Source: Candidatus Poribacteria bacterium
Lineage (GTDB): Bacteria; Poribacteria; WGA-4E; UBA9662
Assembly (NCBI GenBank): GCA_036339735.1
Contig: JAYZAL010000038.1
Span: 32,001-96,000, forward strand
Length of the DNA stretch: 64,000 bases
Direction of reading: 5' to 3'
Part shown: one piece after another, positions 20,680-30,949 of the stretch
Position numbering within the stretch: position 1 is the stretch's first letter
Layout of the letters: the number at the start of each line of letters is the position of its first letter
Translations under genes and position numbers: made by a program
Notes under the pieces: model-generated
Databases searched by the model: none
Told to the model about the DNA's origin: nothing
Seen by the model: only the letters and a program-made list of their open reading frames with translations

Positions 20680-20840
20680 CAAAAAACACCACTCCCGAGG
20701 ATTAATGTTAGGAATACTATTTGTGTTTTATACTGGTCGAGTGATTTGTTCGCTAGCCCGACGGTACGTAGCAAATAATTTCAAATTGCATAGTATTCAC
20801 CCCTTAGGTCCACTGGTCTCCTCTCATATAATTCAGTCAG
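20680..20840 (-). ncRNA. Candidate structured RNA / riboswitch-like leader
   Basis: Nested inverted repeats: GAATACTAT 20712-20720 / ATAGTATTC 20790-20798, ATTTG 20744-20748 / CAAAT 20772-20776, and outer CCTAAGG/CCTCGGG. Lies upstream of the 63-aa ORF. Confidence 0.35.
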
Positions 20841-21598
20841 CAAAGAAAATAATCTAATTATCTGAATCCTTCAATTTATTAATAGAAGAGACGAAGGTGA
20901 AAAAAGTGAAATAAAAACTGGTTTTATTATTTGCATTTTCACCAATGGAAAAAGGCATAGAAAATTCAAACTTATTCCACCACACCAATTTCATTTTTTG
21001 AAACCAATATATCTTCTAATTGATTTGTTTACAGTGTTTCATGCTCTGTCGTCTCTAAACGAGAACCGTAGAGATTTGGCCTTAGAACCTCTACATTACG
21101 TGTTCAGAGTAAAAATCCAATCGAAGAGAAAATGCATCACTGACCTATTATGAATCTAAACTTAGAGCTCAAACAGTGATAGTGGTAAGTAGGAAAATAG
21201 AAGCTGGTTATTTTTCTGTTTTTATTGTGATAGGCAAGACTCCTATAATTTACGATTATTTCCTTATCGGTGATTGTTGGTATAATGTTTAGTAATAAAC
21301 ACTGTCTTGAATGATGCCGAAGATTTTATCGAGAATTTCAACATACTCATTTCACTAGAGATCATAGAAGTTTAGTAAGAACAGATGAGATTAATAATAT
21401 TTTTACGTGCCTTGATATTTACAAACAGTTAAATTATTGACCTGACGGATATAAGAAATTTTTTCAATCCAACCTAGACATACTGTTTAGCTTTCTATTG
21501 AACAGAGGAGTAGCAACTACAGAATTAATTTTCAAAACATCTTTTGGTGATCATTACAGAAGTGGGACTAGAAATAGAAGAATAAAATTTGGAGAATT

Positions 21599-22093
21599 AT
21601 GAGAAAAATATTGCTAGTAATAGTTTTTTCCCTATCCTATTTGCCGGTACATATCGTTTCTGCTCAAAATAATGAAAAAACAAGTCAGAGACAAATCAAT
21701 ACGAAGCACTCAATAGTACGTCGTATTTTTACTAATGGTAGGGTTGGTATGGGAGTAGGGTTGCCATATGGGTCACCGTTTTTAGGTTTGGGGATGCAAT
21801 TTGATATTAGTAATCGTTTGGCTTTGCTTGTTGGCAGTACCAAGCTCGCAGGTTGGATGGGAGCGGTAGGAATTCGGTACTATCCAGGGACAACTAAACA
21901 ACGTCTACGGCCACACCTGTCGGCACATGCATGGCCGTATGGGGGGGCAGTCTATGTCGGTTCCGATTATGACGCTGGTCAGAAAGGGGGGGTTGTTGCT
22001 ACTTGTGGTTTAGGAGGATTCGGAAATATAAAAACAAGTGATGGATTGATAGACGGATTGAGCTTATTACTTGGCTTTGGTTATGGTTTTTAA
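21599..22093 (+). CDS. Small putative outer-membrane beta-barrel protein
   Basis: Signal peptide (VSA/Q), Gly-rich amphipathic strands, C-terminal GFGYGF and an RBS (GGAG). Confidence 0.6.
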   Translation: MRKILLVIVFSLSYLPVHIVSAQNNEKTSQRQINTKHSIVRRIFTNGRVGMGVGLPYGSPFLGLGMQFDISNRLALLVGSTKLAGWMGAVGIRYYPGTTKQRLRPHLSAHAWPYGGAVYVGSDYDAGQKGGVVATCGLGGFGNIKTSDGLIDGLSLLLGFGYGF

Positions 22094-22168
22094 AATCCTA
22101 TTTCTTTGTGGTAGCGGATAGAATTAACTGTCAAAGAGTTTTTCAGTTGATGTGTGAAGTTCAAAAAA

Positions 22169-22987
22169 TCATAAACAAAAAGGTAACAAGCTCTCGTACA
22201 TTTCCTTGGCGGCATCTTCAGTGGGGAGATTCCACAATCTTTGGCTAAACATTTCAATCGAGAAGTCCCCACAATAGCCATGTAATTCCAATCGATTTAA
22301 GATAGAGCTTAAGTCCAAGCATCCTTGGCCAGGAAGGACTCGATCTCGATTATGGTCACAAAATTCAGCGGGTATGTCTTTCATATCATTGATGTGTACA
22401 TGCTTAATCAGAGAAACATTTTCAATGCTAAGCTGATCAAACTTGGTGGGTGTACAGTAATAGTGTGCCGTATCAAACAATACGCCTACATTTAACATAC
22501 CGGATCCACGAGCAATTTCAGCTGCCGTACGTAATGACTTAACAAACGGTGACCAATTAAACTCTATACAGATGGTAACACCAGTATCTTCAATTTTATG
22601 CGCCACTTCAGCCACGATTTCTGACATTTGCTTTAGCGGGTCGCTTATTTTCTTACTCGGACCATCAGTCCCAACCACCAGAATAGAACCACCCAACTCG
22701 GCAACCATATTCGCATTTTGTATAATTTGTTGATTATGAAATATCCGTTGTCTGGATTCATCAAAACAAGAAATGGTACTTTCAAAACCGCCAATGCAGG
22801 TTAAGCCTGACTGACGTAGCATTTTTTTTATTTGTTCTAAGCTGAAGCCTAATGCCATTTTATTTTTTATTTGTGACAGAGAAAACTCCACCTTTTCAAA
22901 TCCCGCTCTTCGGTAATCGTGCAAACGTATTTCTAAATCAACATCTTGGGTCGAAATAGAGTTAATTGCCAACTGAGAACGCCTCAT
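22169..22987 (-). CDS. Sugar phosphate isomerase/epimerase (xylose-isomerase-like TIM barrel, IolI-like)
   Basis: CIEF, LFDTAH, HVHIND, RVLPGQG and SIEMF metal motifs. Confidence 0.85.
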   Translation of the reverse strand: MRRSQLAINSISTQDVDLEIRLHDYRRAGFEKVEFSLSQIKNKMALGFSLEQIKKMLRQSGLTCIGGFESTISCFDESRQRIFHNQQIIQNANMVAELGGSILVVGTDGPSKKISDPLKQMSEIVAEVAHKIEDTGVTICIEFNWSPFVKSLRTAAEIARGSGMLNVGVLFDTAHYYCTPTKFDQLSIENVSLIKHVHINDMKDIPAEFCDHNRDRVLPGQGCLDLSSILNRLELHGYCGDFSIEMFSQRLWNLPTEDAAKEMYESLLPFCL

Positions 22988-23266
22988 TGAACACCCCTTG
23001 AGTACCAGTCTTCTGTTTTCCGTACTTAAGACTGTAACTACTACACAATTGAATTTTATTATAATAAGTTTAGGCCTAATTCAACTCAGTATTGGATGGA
23101 ATTAGTCTTTAACAGGTGTGGATTAATTGGAAAAACTAACCTTGGTTGTTATGGTTTTCCGTGTTAGTCAATAAAAATAAACATAATTTTTACTATAATC
23201 CAAAACTAAACAAGGATTGATAATAGTTCATCCCACCAGAAACTGGAAATTCAACGACTAAAAATT

Positions 23267-24088
23267 TTATATTTGAGGAGTTCTCGGTATTGGCGTTTGT
23301 GGCGATACTATCCTTCGACGTTCAGGTGTTAACCTATCCAGCAACTCGGGTGAAGGATGATAACCATGTCGAAAATTACCCCAAGATGGGCCATATCGGT
23401 AAACAATAACGCGGCGTTGCCCTTCGTTAGTTCTATTGGCTGAACCATGAGTACAGCAATCAACAAAGAGTAATGCATCCCCGGCTTGCATGTGTATTTC
23501 AGTAGCAGCTCTCATCATAGACGGACACTCACCTTTTGCTCCCATGCTGAATTGACTAAAATCAGGATTGGCAAAATTACTTTTATGACTACCAGGTACA
23601 ATGACTGTTCCTCCATCGCCTGGGCCAATATCTGTTAAAGCGATCAAGATATTTATTTGATTGCAATGAAATTTACCATTGATATAACGAAATTGGCACC
23701 GACTGATTCCAAGTTGTCCTCCGTTATGTAACCCGATACCTTGTCCTGGTTGTCGAAAATTGAGTAAATTTTCATCAATAAACATTGGCCCATGCATTTC
23801 GTCGAACGAGCCTTCTCCTCCAATAAAAAACCTTGCTCGATCGAACCAAGATGGATGGTCGATCAATTTTTCGAATGGCTCCCCAGCTTCGTAAATCTGT
23901 TGATAGTTTAAACCGTCGTTGTCTCCATAGGTATGTCCATGGATATAACCATACCACTGGCCAGGATTCAATGACGGAATATTATCTGCACACGAATTGA
24001 GTTCATCTATTTCACTCTCAGTTAAAGCGCCTTCAATATGTATGTATCCTTGTAAGTCAAAGAGGTAAATATCCATATCAGTGATCAT
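23267..24088 (-). CDS. PhyH-like Fe(II)/2OG enzyme, FDLQGY subfamily (HNG in place of HxD)
   Basis: FDLQGY, GLHNGG, VPGSHKSNF, CCTHGS and RR motifs. Confidence 0.8.
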   Translation of the reverse strand: MITDMDIYLFDLQGYIHIEGALTESEIDELNSCADNIPSLNPGQWYGYIHGHTYGDNDGLNYQQIYEAGEPFEKLIDHPSWFDRARFFIGGEGSFDEMHGPMFIDENLLNFRQPGQGIGLHNGGQLGISRCQFRYINGKFHCNQINILIALTDIGPGDGGTVIVPGSHKSNFANPDFSQFSMGAKGECPSMMRAATEIHMQAGDALLFVDCCTHGSANRTNEGQRRVIVYRYGPSWGNFRHGYHPSPELLDRLTPERRRIVSPQTPIPRTPQI

Positions 24089-24160
24089 ATATTCTCCACC
24101 TTCCTGATGTGTCTAATAATTAAATAAATTAGAATAGTTGACAGAATTAAGCTAAATAAT

Positions 24161-24982
24161 TTAAGCGACTAAATTTAAATTAATCTGGTCCAATTTAATA
24201 TCTTTTCGCTGGCGATCAAGAAAAATGGATACCTGTTGGTAGCCGACCTGTGCCAGTATTTTCAGTCCTTTTTCAAACTGATCTCCGACTCTAGTCGGAT
24301 CATGAGCATCAGCCCCGATTACAACTGGGATCTGTCGCTTTTTCATCTCTTCGAGCATAAACAATCCAGGATTCATTTCCGGTATCGATTTATACAAGCC
24401 CGAGGTATTGAGTTCCATAGCAGTTTCAGTTTTAGCGATTCTGTCTAGGACGGAGAGAATATGATCTTTCAATGGTTCTAAATCCCAATCATTTGGCGCT
24501 ACATTTTTAACTAAGTCAGGGTGAGATAAGGTGTCAAACAAACCAGTTTCGGCAGCTAATGCCAGATGATGAAAATATGTCTTCTGGAAATCTCTTATGT
24601 TACCTGTAAAATAACGATCTTGATACTCCACTAGGTGAGGGTGGACCGAACCAAGCACATGATGTAACTCCGCTCGGTCGTGTAGATCTTCCAACCAAGA
24701 CTCCATACCCGGAGCATAATCGCTTTCCAATCCTAGACGGATGTCAATTCGACCTTCCCACTCTCTTCGAGCTAAGTCCACCATATCAATATAGTCTTCA
24801 AATTGTTGGATAGTCATACGGACATTTGGTCCCCAATTTTCAACAGGATTGTGACAAGTAACTATGATACCTTTCAATCCTCGTTTTTCTGCTACCGCTG
24901 CATATTCTTGTGGTAAACCACGTGCATGCTGACAGAGAGGTGTATGCATGTGAGATTCGTATAGAATGGGTTTTGTTTTCAA
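24161..24982 (-). CDS. hisJ: Histidinol-phosphatase, HisJ/PHP family
   Basis: HMHTPLCQHA, GSVH, HPDLVK, ELNTSG and GADAHDP motifs. Confidence 0.8.
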   Translation of the reverse strand: MKTKPILYESHMHTPLCQHARGLPQEYAAVAEKRGLKGIIVTCHNPVENWGPNVRMTIQQFEDYIDMVDLARREWEGRIDIRLGLESDYAPGMESWLEDLHDRAELHHVLGSVHPHLVEYQDRYFTGNIRDFQKTYFHHLALAAETGLFDTLSHPDLVKNVAPNDWDLEPLKDHILSVLDRIAKTETAMELNTSGLYKSIPEMNPGLFMLEEMKKRQIPVVIGADAHDPTRVGDQFEKGLKILAQVGYQQVSIFLDRQRKDIKLDQINLNLVA

Positions 24983-25153
24983 TATTTATTCTCTCTGATA
25001 CTTCTAAATTTTACGCTTAGCTCTGACTGCTTCTGATATCTTAGTCATTTCAACCTCAATAGTCTGGACCAATTTGTTCTAAGAGTCAATAGGAACAACT
25101 ACATAAATTGAATAATGTATACTGACCTATCTGGATCTGCAAGAAAAAGTAAA

Positions 25154-25217
25154 TTTCACCTCAAAACGAGTGAAAATCTAGTGAATAGGGTCAAATGCTG
25201 TAATTTTTGAGGTGAAA
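25154..25217. repeat. 13-bp perfect inverted repeat with a 38-nt spacer
   Basis: TTTCACCTCAAAA (25154-25166) and TTTTGAGGTGAAA (25205-25217). Confidence 0.7.
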
Positions 25218-25236
25218 AGGCTACGAACTATGCTAG

Positions 25237-25998
25237 TCATTGAAAAATTACTGGACTGTATTTCATATCTTCTAAATGTGAAATGTAATAATTATTAGTA
25301 CTCCGAATTGGATCGGCTCGTTCATCACGAAGGTGAACAGCAAAACTCCATCTTGATTTATCCGAAATATTTTCTTGACTGCCGTGGTATGTCAAACAAT
25401 TATGAAGACTGACACTACCCATCGGTAAAGGAACAGAAGTTTCTTCCCACTTTTCTTCTACTACTGTTTGTATACTTGTCCGAAGTGTGTCCTGGTCAGA
25501 ACTAAAAAAATCTCCCTCTCCTAAGAAACCCCATTTGTGAGAGCCAGGCACGAATTGAAGCGGTCCGGATTCTTCACTGACATCACTTAATGCAATCCAA
25601 GCAGTGAAGAGTCCTTCACTTTTCTGCCAAAATTGCCAGTATTGACGATCTTGATGCCAGCCAACACGACCTGAACTTCCTGATCTAGGTGGTTTAATGA
25701 GTAATTGGCTAGCCCACACTTGTACCATTTTAGATCCTGTTATATTGGCAATACTTTCGCCAAGTTTAGAATCAACGAGCATCGTATAAAGAGCGTGGTT
25801 GGCTAAGTGAGCATCGTTAATTTTGCACAACTTGGTATGATCGAAACCAGGGTGAGAGGAAGGTTGAGACCCAGTGTCGAAGATTCCATCTCTTACAGCC
25901 AACATACCTTTTCGTGCGTCCTCGATAAATTTCCGGCCGATGGCTGAACCCGGCAACACACAAAAACCCCGTTTAGCATATTGTTCAGTTAAAGTCAT
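25237..25998 (-). CDS. PhyH-family Fe(II)/2OG dioxygenase (canonical HxD)
   Basis: GWHQD, VPGSHKWG and TYHGS..N...R motifs. Confidence 0.85.
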   Translation of the reverse strand: MTLTEQYAKRGFCVLPGSAIGRKFIEDARKGMLAVRDGIFDTGSQPSSHPGFDHTKLCKINDAHLANHALYTMLVDSKLGESIANITGSKMVQVWASQLLIKPPRSGSSGRVGWHQDRQYWQFWQKSEGLFTAWIALSDVSEESGPLQFVPGSHKWGFLGEGDFFSSDQDTLRTSIQTVVEEKWEETSVPLPMGSVSLHNCLTYHGSQENISDKSRWSFAVHLRDERADPIRSTNNYYISHLEDMKYSPVIFQ

Positions 25999-26182
25999 AG
26001 TATCGAATTAGAAATCATGTACCTTTCTAACTTGTGGTATATCAGTCTAAGCAATTTACTCCATTTTTCTGACCCTATACTATATCAAATTGAATAATTT
26101 TGCTAATTAGCTTAGAATGCTAGATGATAGGTAGTACTATTCCATCTCTGTAAAAATACGTGTTAGTAATGGTGAGCAATTC

Positions 26183-26809
26183 ATGATTAAGCCTTTCTTC
26201 ATTGGTCTAGCTGGTGGGAGTGGGAGTGGTAAGAGTACATTAGCTAAGTCTTTGAATTCCCATTTGGGCACTAACCAAACCAGTATGTTTTGTCTAGACT
26301 GGTATTACCATGACATCTGTAAACAACCAAAATTGGATGATGGATCAATTAACTTTGATCATCCCTCTGCACTAGACCAATATTTATTGATTAATCATCT
26401 ACAGCAGTTGAAAAAAGGGCGAAATGTGAATGCACCTATCTACAATTTGGCAACTCATCGCCGGTCAAAATCAACCAGAAAAATCGTAAATAGGCCAACG
26501 ATTTTCATCGAGGGGTTACATACGCTCGTTTTGAGTGAAGTTCGCCAGATGCTCGACTTGAAGATTTTTATCGATTTATCAGATGATATTCGTTTTATAC
26601 GTCGTTTATTACGAGATAAATCTGAACGAAAACGGAGCCTACAAACCGTGATCAATCAGTACCTTGCTACAACGCGACCAATGTACATAGAATGGGTCTT
26701 ACCTAGTCGTCGATTCGCTGATGTGGTCCTTTCAGCAGAAAATTCGGTCTCAGAAATGAAGCAAACGGTGCTGAGCCAAATACAAGCCACAAGCAAGACT
26801 AGAAACTAA
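26183..26809 (+). CDS. udk: Uridine kinase
   Basis: GLAGGSGSGKST P-loop, D.YYHD, NFDHPSA and RFIRRLLRD..ER motifs. Confidence 0.9.
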   Translation: MIKPFFIGLAGGSGSGKSTLAKSLNSHLGTNQTSMFCLDWYYHDICKQPKLDDGSINFDHPSALDQYLLINHLQQLKKGRNVNAPIYNLATHRRSKSTRKIVNRPTIFIEGLHTLVLSEVRQMLDLKIFIDLSDDIRFIRRLLRDKSERKRSLQTVINQYLATTRPMYIEWVLPSRRFADVVLSAENSVSEMKQTVLSQIQATSKTRN

Positions 26810-27042
26810 AATAAGAGTAGTTCATTAAGGTATTTGAATATTTATAACAGTCATTTTTTGAGTCAATCTATTACTATTGACTCGGTATTCATTATTGAAG
26901 AGTTTACATTGGCTGTTGTGTTATGTGATGCAGCATTTCATTCAAATAATATCGATTCTCATTTCAACTTGTATCTGGCTAACTTACGATCTCTCTTTGG
27001 TATCTATAAGATACTGAAATTTAGCCCAATGGCCATATTGTT

Positions 27043-28068
27043 TTAGTTAATAACCTCAGTTATACCATTAACACGCACATCTGGTAGTAGGCATTTTACG
27101 TATCGACCATTGTCATTAAAATCTATTGGGATTTTTGTTCGACAAAGATCGGTTTCCCGACTACATCGACCGACATACTTACAACCTCCACTTTGTATGC
27201 TATCAGTATCAATAGATTCGAGACGGATCAGTTCATTCCACTTTTTATCAGGATCTGGAGTGGGAATAGATTGTTTCAGATTTTGTGTATATGGATGTTG
27301 GGGATCGCCTAATACTTGCTCAACAGAACCAGATTCTATAATCCATCCGGATAGCATAACGGCAATTCGGTCTGCGGCATAGTAAGCTGTCGCTAAATCG
27401 TGCGTGATATACAAAATGGTAACACCTTTTTTATCCCGAAGTTCTCTAAATAGATTAACAATCGACATTCGCAGTGAAGCGTCAACCATAGAAACAGGTT
27501 CATCGGCTACTAATAATGTAGGGTTAGTAATCAATGCTCTAGCAATCGATACCCGTTGAGCTTGGCCGCCTGATAACTCGTTTGGATATCTCCCGCTAAT
27601 TTCTGCTAAGGAGAGACCAACAGAATTGAGGACTTCACTAACGTAGGAATGTAGTCGAATCTTGTCAACTATATGATAGTTCAGAGCTGTTTCAAATAGA
27701 TAAGTTTCTATCTTTTTTAGGGGACTAAAAGTCGCGAAAGGGTTCTGAAAAATAGGCTGGACTTGCCTGAAATACCAAGACTTTTTCTCCCGTTGGCTTA
27801 ACTTAGTAATGTCTCGTCCTTGATAAAGAATTGTTCCGCTGGTAGGCTCTACTAATCCTAAAATCATACGAGCGATAGTAGTTTTCCCACTACCGCTCTC
27901 ACCAGCTAGAACAAAAATTTCTGGTTTGTCGGATCGAATTGAAAAATTAGCCCCATCAACGGCTGTTAATTCAACGCTAGAAAGCCCTTGCTGGATTTTG
28001 AAAATCTTAGTTAATTTGTCAACCGATAATAATATTGAAGACTTCGAGTGGCTATCGTTGAGAGTCAT
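27043..28068 (-). CDS. Oligopeptide/oligosaccharide ABC transporter ATP-binding subunit (OppF-like)
   Basis: GESGSGKT, LSGGQAQR, ADEP and HPYT motifs with a C-terminal Cys cluster. Confidence 0.92.
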   Translation of the reverse strand: MTLNDSHSKSSILLSVDKLTKIFKIQQGLSSVELTAVDGANFSIRSDKPEIFVLAGESGSGKTTIARMILGLVEPTSGTILYQGRDITKLSQREKKSWYFRQVQPIFQNPFATFSPLKKIETYLFETALNYHIVDKIRLHSYVSEVLNSVGLSLAEISGRYPNELSGGQAQRVSIARALITNPTLLVADEPVSMVDASLRMSIVNLFRELRDKKGVTILYITHDLATAYYAADRIAVMLSGWIIESGSVEQVLGDPQHPYTQNLKQSIPTPDPDKKWNELIRLESIDTDSIQSGGCKYVGRCSRETDLCRTKIPIDFNDNGRYVKCLLPDVRVNGITEVIN

Positions 28069-29056
28069 ATTGGATTTTGTCTTCCGCTAAGAAACAAGCT
28101 ACCTCTTGCCCATTTCCCATCGCAATTAAAGGTGGGACCTCTTCCTTACATTTATCCTGAACGTGGGGGCAACGGGGATGGAATCGACAACCAGTAGGAG
28201 GTTGGTCAAGTGCCGGTGGCCTGCCAGGAATACTGATCCTCTCCGACCTATCACCGAGCCGAGGTAAGGATTCGATCAAGTATTGGGTATAAGGATGTTT
28301 GGGTTTTTTGAAAACAGATTTGGCATCGCCAATTTCAACGAGCTTTCCAGCATACAAAATGGCAATTCGGTCTGCTAAATTAGCATGTACCCCCATGTCG
28401 TGAGAAACCAACACTAGCGTGTTCCCCTCACGTTGTTGTATTTCTTTTAATAATTGGACCACACCACGTTGGACCAGAACATCTAATGCGGTGGTTGGTT
28501 CGTCGGCGAATACCAGTTTGGGTGAAAGTACGGTGGCCAAAGCAATGGTTACTCTTTGCCTCATTCCTCCTGATAATTGATGCGGGTAAACGTTCATGAT
28601 GTCCGACGATAACCCCAACTGATTTAGATAATCTTGGGCGAGCCTCTTAGTGGCGTTCTTATTGATTTTTTTGTGGGTAGATATGAAATCGTGAAATGTA
28701 TCGACGATTTTTCGTACAGGGTTTAGAACTTGCATTGACCCTTGCGGGATATAAGATATTAGGGACCAGCGAATTTTTCTCAAATTGTCAGCAGACGTCG
28801 AAGACAGATCGAATTTTTGCTGTGAAAAATTGTATTGTATATTTCCTTCGATAATACGCAGTGGCGGCTCAACTGAACCCAGAAGGGTTTTTAGTAGAGT
28901 TGATTTTCCGCAGCCAGATTCGCCAGCAATGCTTAGAATTTCTCCCTCTTTTATCTGAAGACTAATACCATCAACAGCTTTAACTGTTCGTTGGACCCCG
29001 TATGATTGAGTAATATAGTGGGCCTGAAGATCCTTGGCTTCTATTAAAACTGACAT
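28052..29056 (-). CDS. Oligopeptide/oligosaccharide ABC transporter ATP-binding subunit (OppD-like)
   Basis: GESGCGKST, LSGGMRQR, ADEPTTALD and GCRFHPRC motifs. Confidence 0.92.
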   Translation of the reverse strand: MSVLIEAKDLQAHYITQSYGVQRTVKAVDGISLQIKEGEILSIAGESGCGKSTLLKTLLGSVEPPLRIIEGNIQYNFSQQKFDLSSTSADNLRKIRWSLISYIPQGSMQVLNPVRKIVDTFHDFISTHKKINKNATKRLAQDYLNQLGLSSDIMNVYPHQLSGGMRQRVTIALATVLSPKLVFADEPTTALDVLVQRGVVQLLKEIQQREGNTLVLVSHDMGVHANLADRIAILYAGKLVEIGDAKSVFKKPKHPYTQYLIESLPRLGDRSERISIPGRPPALDQPPTGCRFHPRCPHVQDKCKEEVPPLIAMGNGQEVACFLAEDKIQYDSQR

Positions 29057-29068
29057 TAATATCCCTTG

Positions 29069-29926
29069 TTAATTTACTCCTAGTCGCTTGAGTCGTGTCC
29101 GGGGATCTAGATATTCGCTTAGGCTCTCTGAAATTAAATAAAAGGCAACGACGATAAATATTGAACTGATGACTGGGGCCGCCAATACCCATAGTCTCTG
29201 AGATAATAGCGCTTGATAGTAGTTGCCCCAATAAATCATGGTTCCAATGGTAGGCCTAGTTAGGTCACACAAACCGAGGATCGCTAAGGTAATTTCCATT
29301 CCGATAGCCCACAGGAAACCACTAACGGCATCAGCCAACAGATAGGGAATGAAAAAAGGAAAGTGTTCTTTCAATATAACAGAAAAAGTGTTCATACCTG
29401 AAAAGACAGCTGTGTGAGTAAACTCCCGTTCACGCAAAGTCAATATTTGAGATCGATACCTCTTGGACGGCCAAAAAATATCCAGAAAGCCAAGAAGAAT
29501 AGCTAAACCCCACACCCCTAGTCCTCCCTTTATGATTACAGAGATTAAAATTAGTAGCGGCAAACGAGGAATCACAATAAAACTGTCAACGATAGACTGT
29601 AATACCCTATCGATAACACCACCCAAATAACCAGATAATGAGCCAATTAGAACCGCCATAGATCTGCCAATCAAGACGGCTAAGCCCGCAATAATAAGCG
29701 AATTGCGAATAGAAAAGGTTAGTAACCAGAAAACATCCTGACCCAAAGCAGTAGTTCCCAAGAGATGCTCGAGCGAAGGTGCAAGATTTTTTGGCGTCAC
29801 ACGACGCTCACTAGCTTCATAAGGTGAAACAAAAGACAGTAAAACTAGCAACAGGATGCCAATTAAAATTGTAATGCCAATACGGAATGCAAGATGAAAT
29901 TTAAAAAGCTCAGTGATTATTTTCAT
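29069..29926 (-). CDS. ABC transporter permease (OppC-like)
   Basis: HLLGT..GQDVF, EAA-like loop and C-terminal DPR. Confidence 0.9.
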   Translation of the reverse strand: MKIITELFKFHLAFRIGITILIGILLLVLLSFVSPYEASERRVTPKNLAPSLEHLLGTTALGQDVFWLLTFSIRNSLIIAGLAVLIGRSMAVLIGSLSGYLGGVIDRVLQSIVDSFIVIPRLPLLILISVIIKGGLGVWGLAILLGFLDIFWPSKRYRSQILTLREREFTHTAVFSGMNTFSVILKEHFPFFIPYLLADAVSGFLWAIGMEITLAILGLCDLTRPTIGTMIYWGNYYQALLSQRLWVLAAPVISSIFIVVAFYLISESLSEYLDPRTRLKRLGVN

Positions 29927-29947
29927 TTGGTATATGAGGTTGAGTAA

Positions 29948-30940
29948 CTATTTGTAACGAACCCTTGGATCTAAAAAAGGATAACTCAAGTCAACCAGTA
30001 GAGCTGCAGTAGCAATACCAACAATTGAAAAAATAGTTATACCTAGAATTAAATTAAAATCTGCCTGAAAGACTCCCATATACAGGGAATACCCAATCCC
30101 AGGGTAACTAAAAACAATCTCGATGATCAATGCACCACCAAAGACAGATCCCAGAGAAAGCCCTAAATCAGTTATCTGAGGTAGCATGGTATTCCTTGTG
30201 ATGTAAAAAAGGACGATTCTCCACTTTTCCAAACCTGCAGTTTCGGCGTATTTGACGTAATCGCTGCCAATAACGGTAGTGGTTAAGGCCTTAGCCATGA
30301 TAAATCGAAATGCAGTTGAGAGGAAAATCAATGAAGTAGCAGGTAATAGACTGTGCTCAAAAATACTGCTGATATATGCCCAACTTAATGCGGGTTTTCC
30401 TGAGGCTCCACCTACTAGTGGAAAAATAGGAAAATAGTAAGAAAAAATCATTACTAAAATCAGGGCTAGTATGTAATGCGGAATAGGATAAATTGAGATA
30501 AATACCTTGTCAATAATTTGCCACTTTACACTTGACGGAGAGTAACCAGCCAAAGTACCAAGAATTACACCAAGTAACCAAGAGATCAAAGTAGAAGTCG
30601 TCAGTAATCCCACTGTCCACGGTAATCCTTTAGCAATAATTTCAGTAACTGGTGTAGGAAAAGAACTTAGCGATGGGCCAAGGTCTCCTCTTACTAACCG
30701 TTTCCAAAAGTTGATATACTGGTCTAGTTGGGTTCCACCTAAACCGTATAGATCAGCTAAAACTTCCTTTAGATTTTCTACAGCTCTAGGATCTAGTGTC
30801 TGCAAACTACCCAAAGAACTAAGAGTCCTTTCAACTGGATCACCAGGAATCATTCTGGGAATAATGAAAGTAACAGTGATACCAATGAAGATTGTAATAC
30901 CCCATTGACTAATTCGAGGTATCAAATAACTCTTGAACAT
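29948..30940 (-). CDS. ABC transporter permease (OppB-like)
   Basis: PGDP, GDLGPS, E.VFSYPGIG and LDPRVR motifs. Confidence 0.9.
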   Translation of the reverse strand: MFKSYLIPRISQWGITIFIGITVTFIIPRMIPGDPVERTLSSLGSLQTLDPRAVENLKEVLADLYGLGGTQLDQYINFWKRLVRGDLGPSLSSFPTPVTEIIAKGLPWTVGLLTTSTLISWLLGVILGTLAGYSPSSVKWQIIDKVFISIYPIPHYILALILVMIFSYYFPIFPLVGGASGKPALSWAYISSIFEHSLLPATSLIFLSTAFRFIMAKALTTTVIGSDYVKYAETAGLEKWRIVLFYITRNTMLPQITDLGLSLGSVFGGALIIEIVFSYPGIGYSLYMGVFQADFNLILGITIFSIVGIATAALLVDLSYPFLDPRVRYK

Positions 30941-30949
30941 ATTTGCAGG

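Noticed and set aside
20680-20840. Assignment as a bona fide c-di-AMP or glycine riboswitch, 6S RNA or IscB omega-RNA
   Set aside because: Only partial motif matches. Key elements are missing and there is no adjacent IscB/TnpB gene, so it is kept only as an unassigned candidate.
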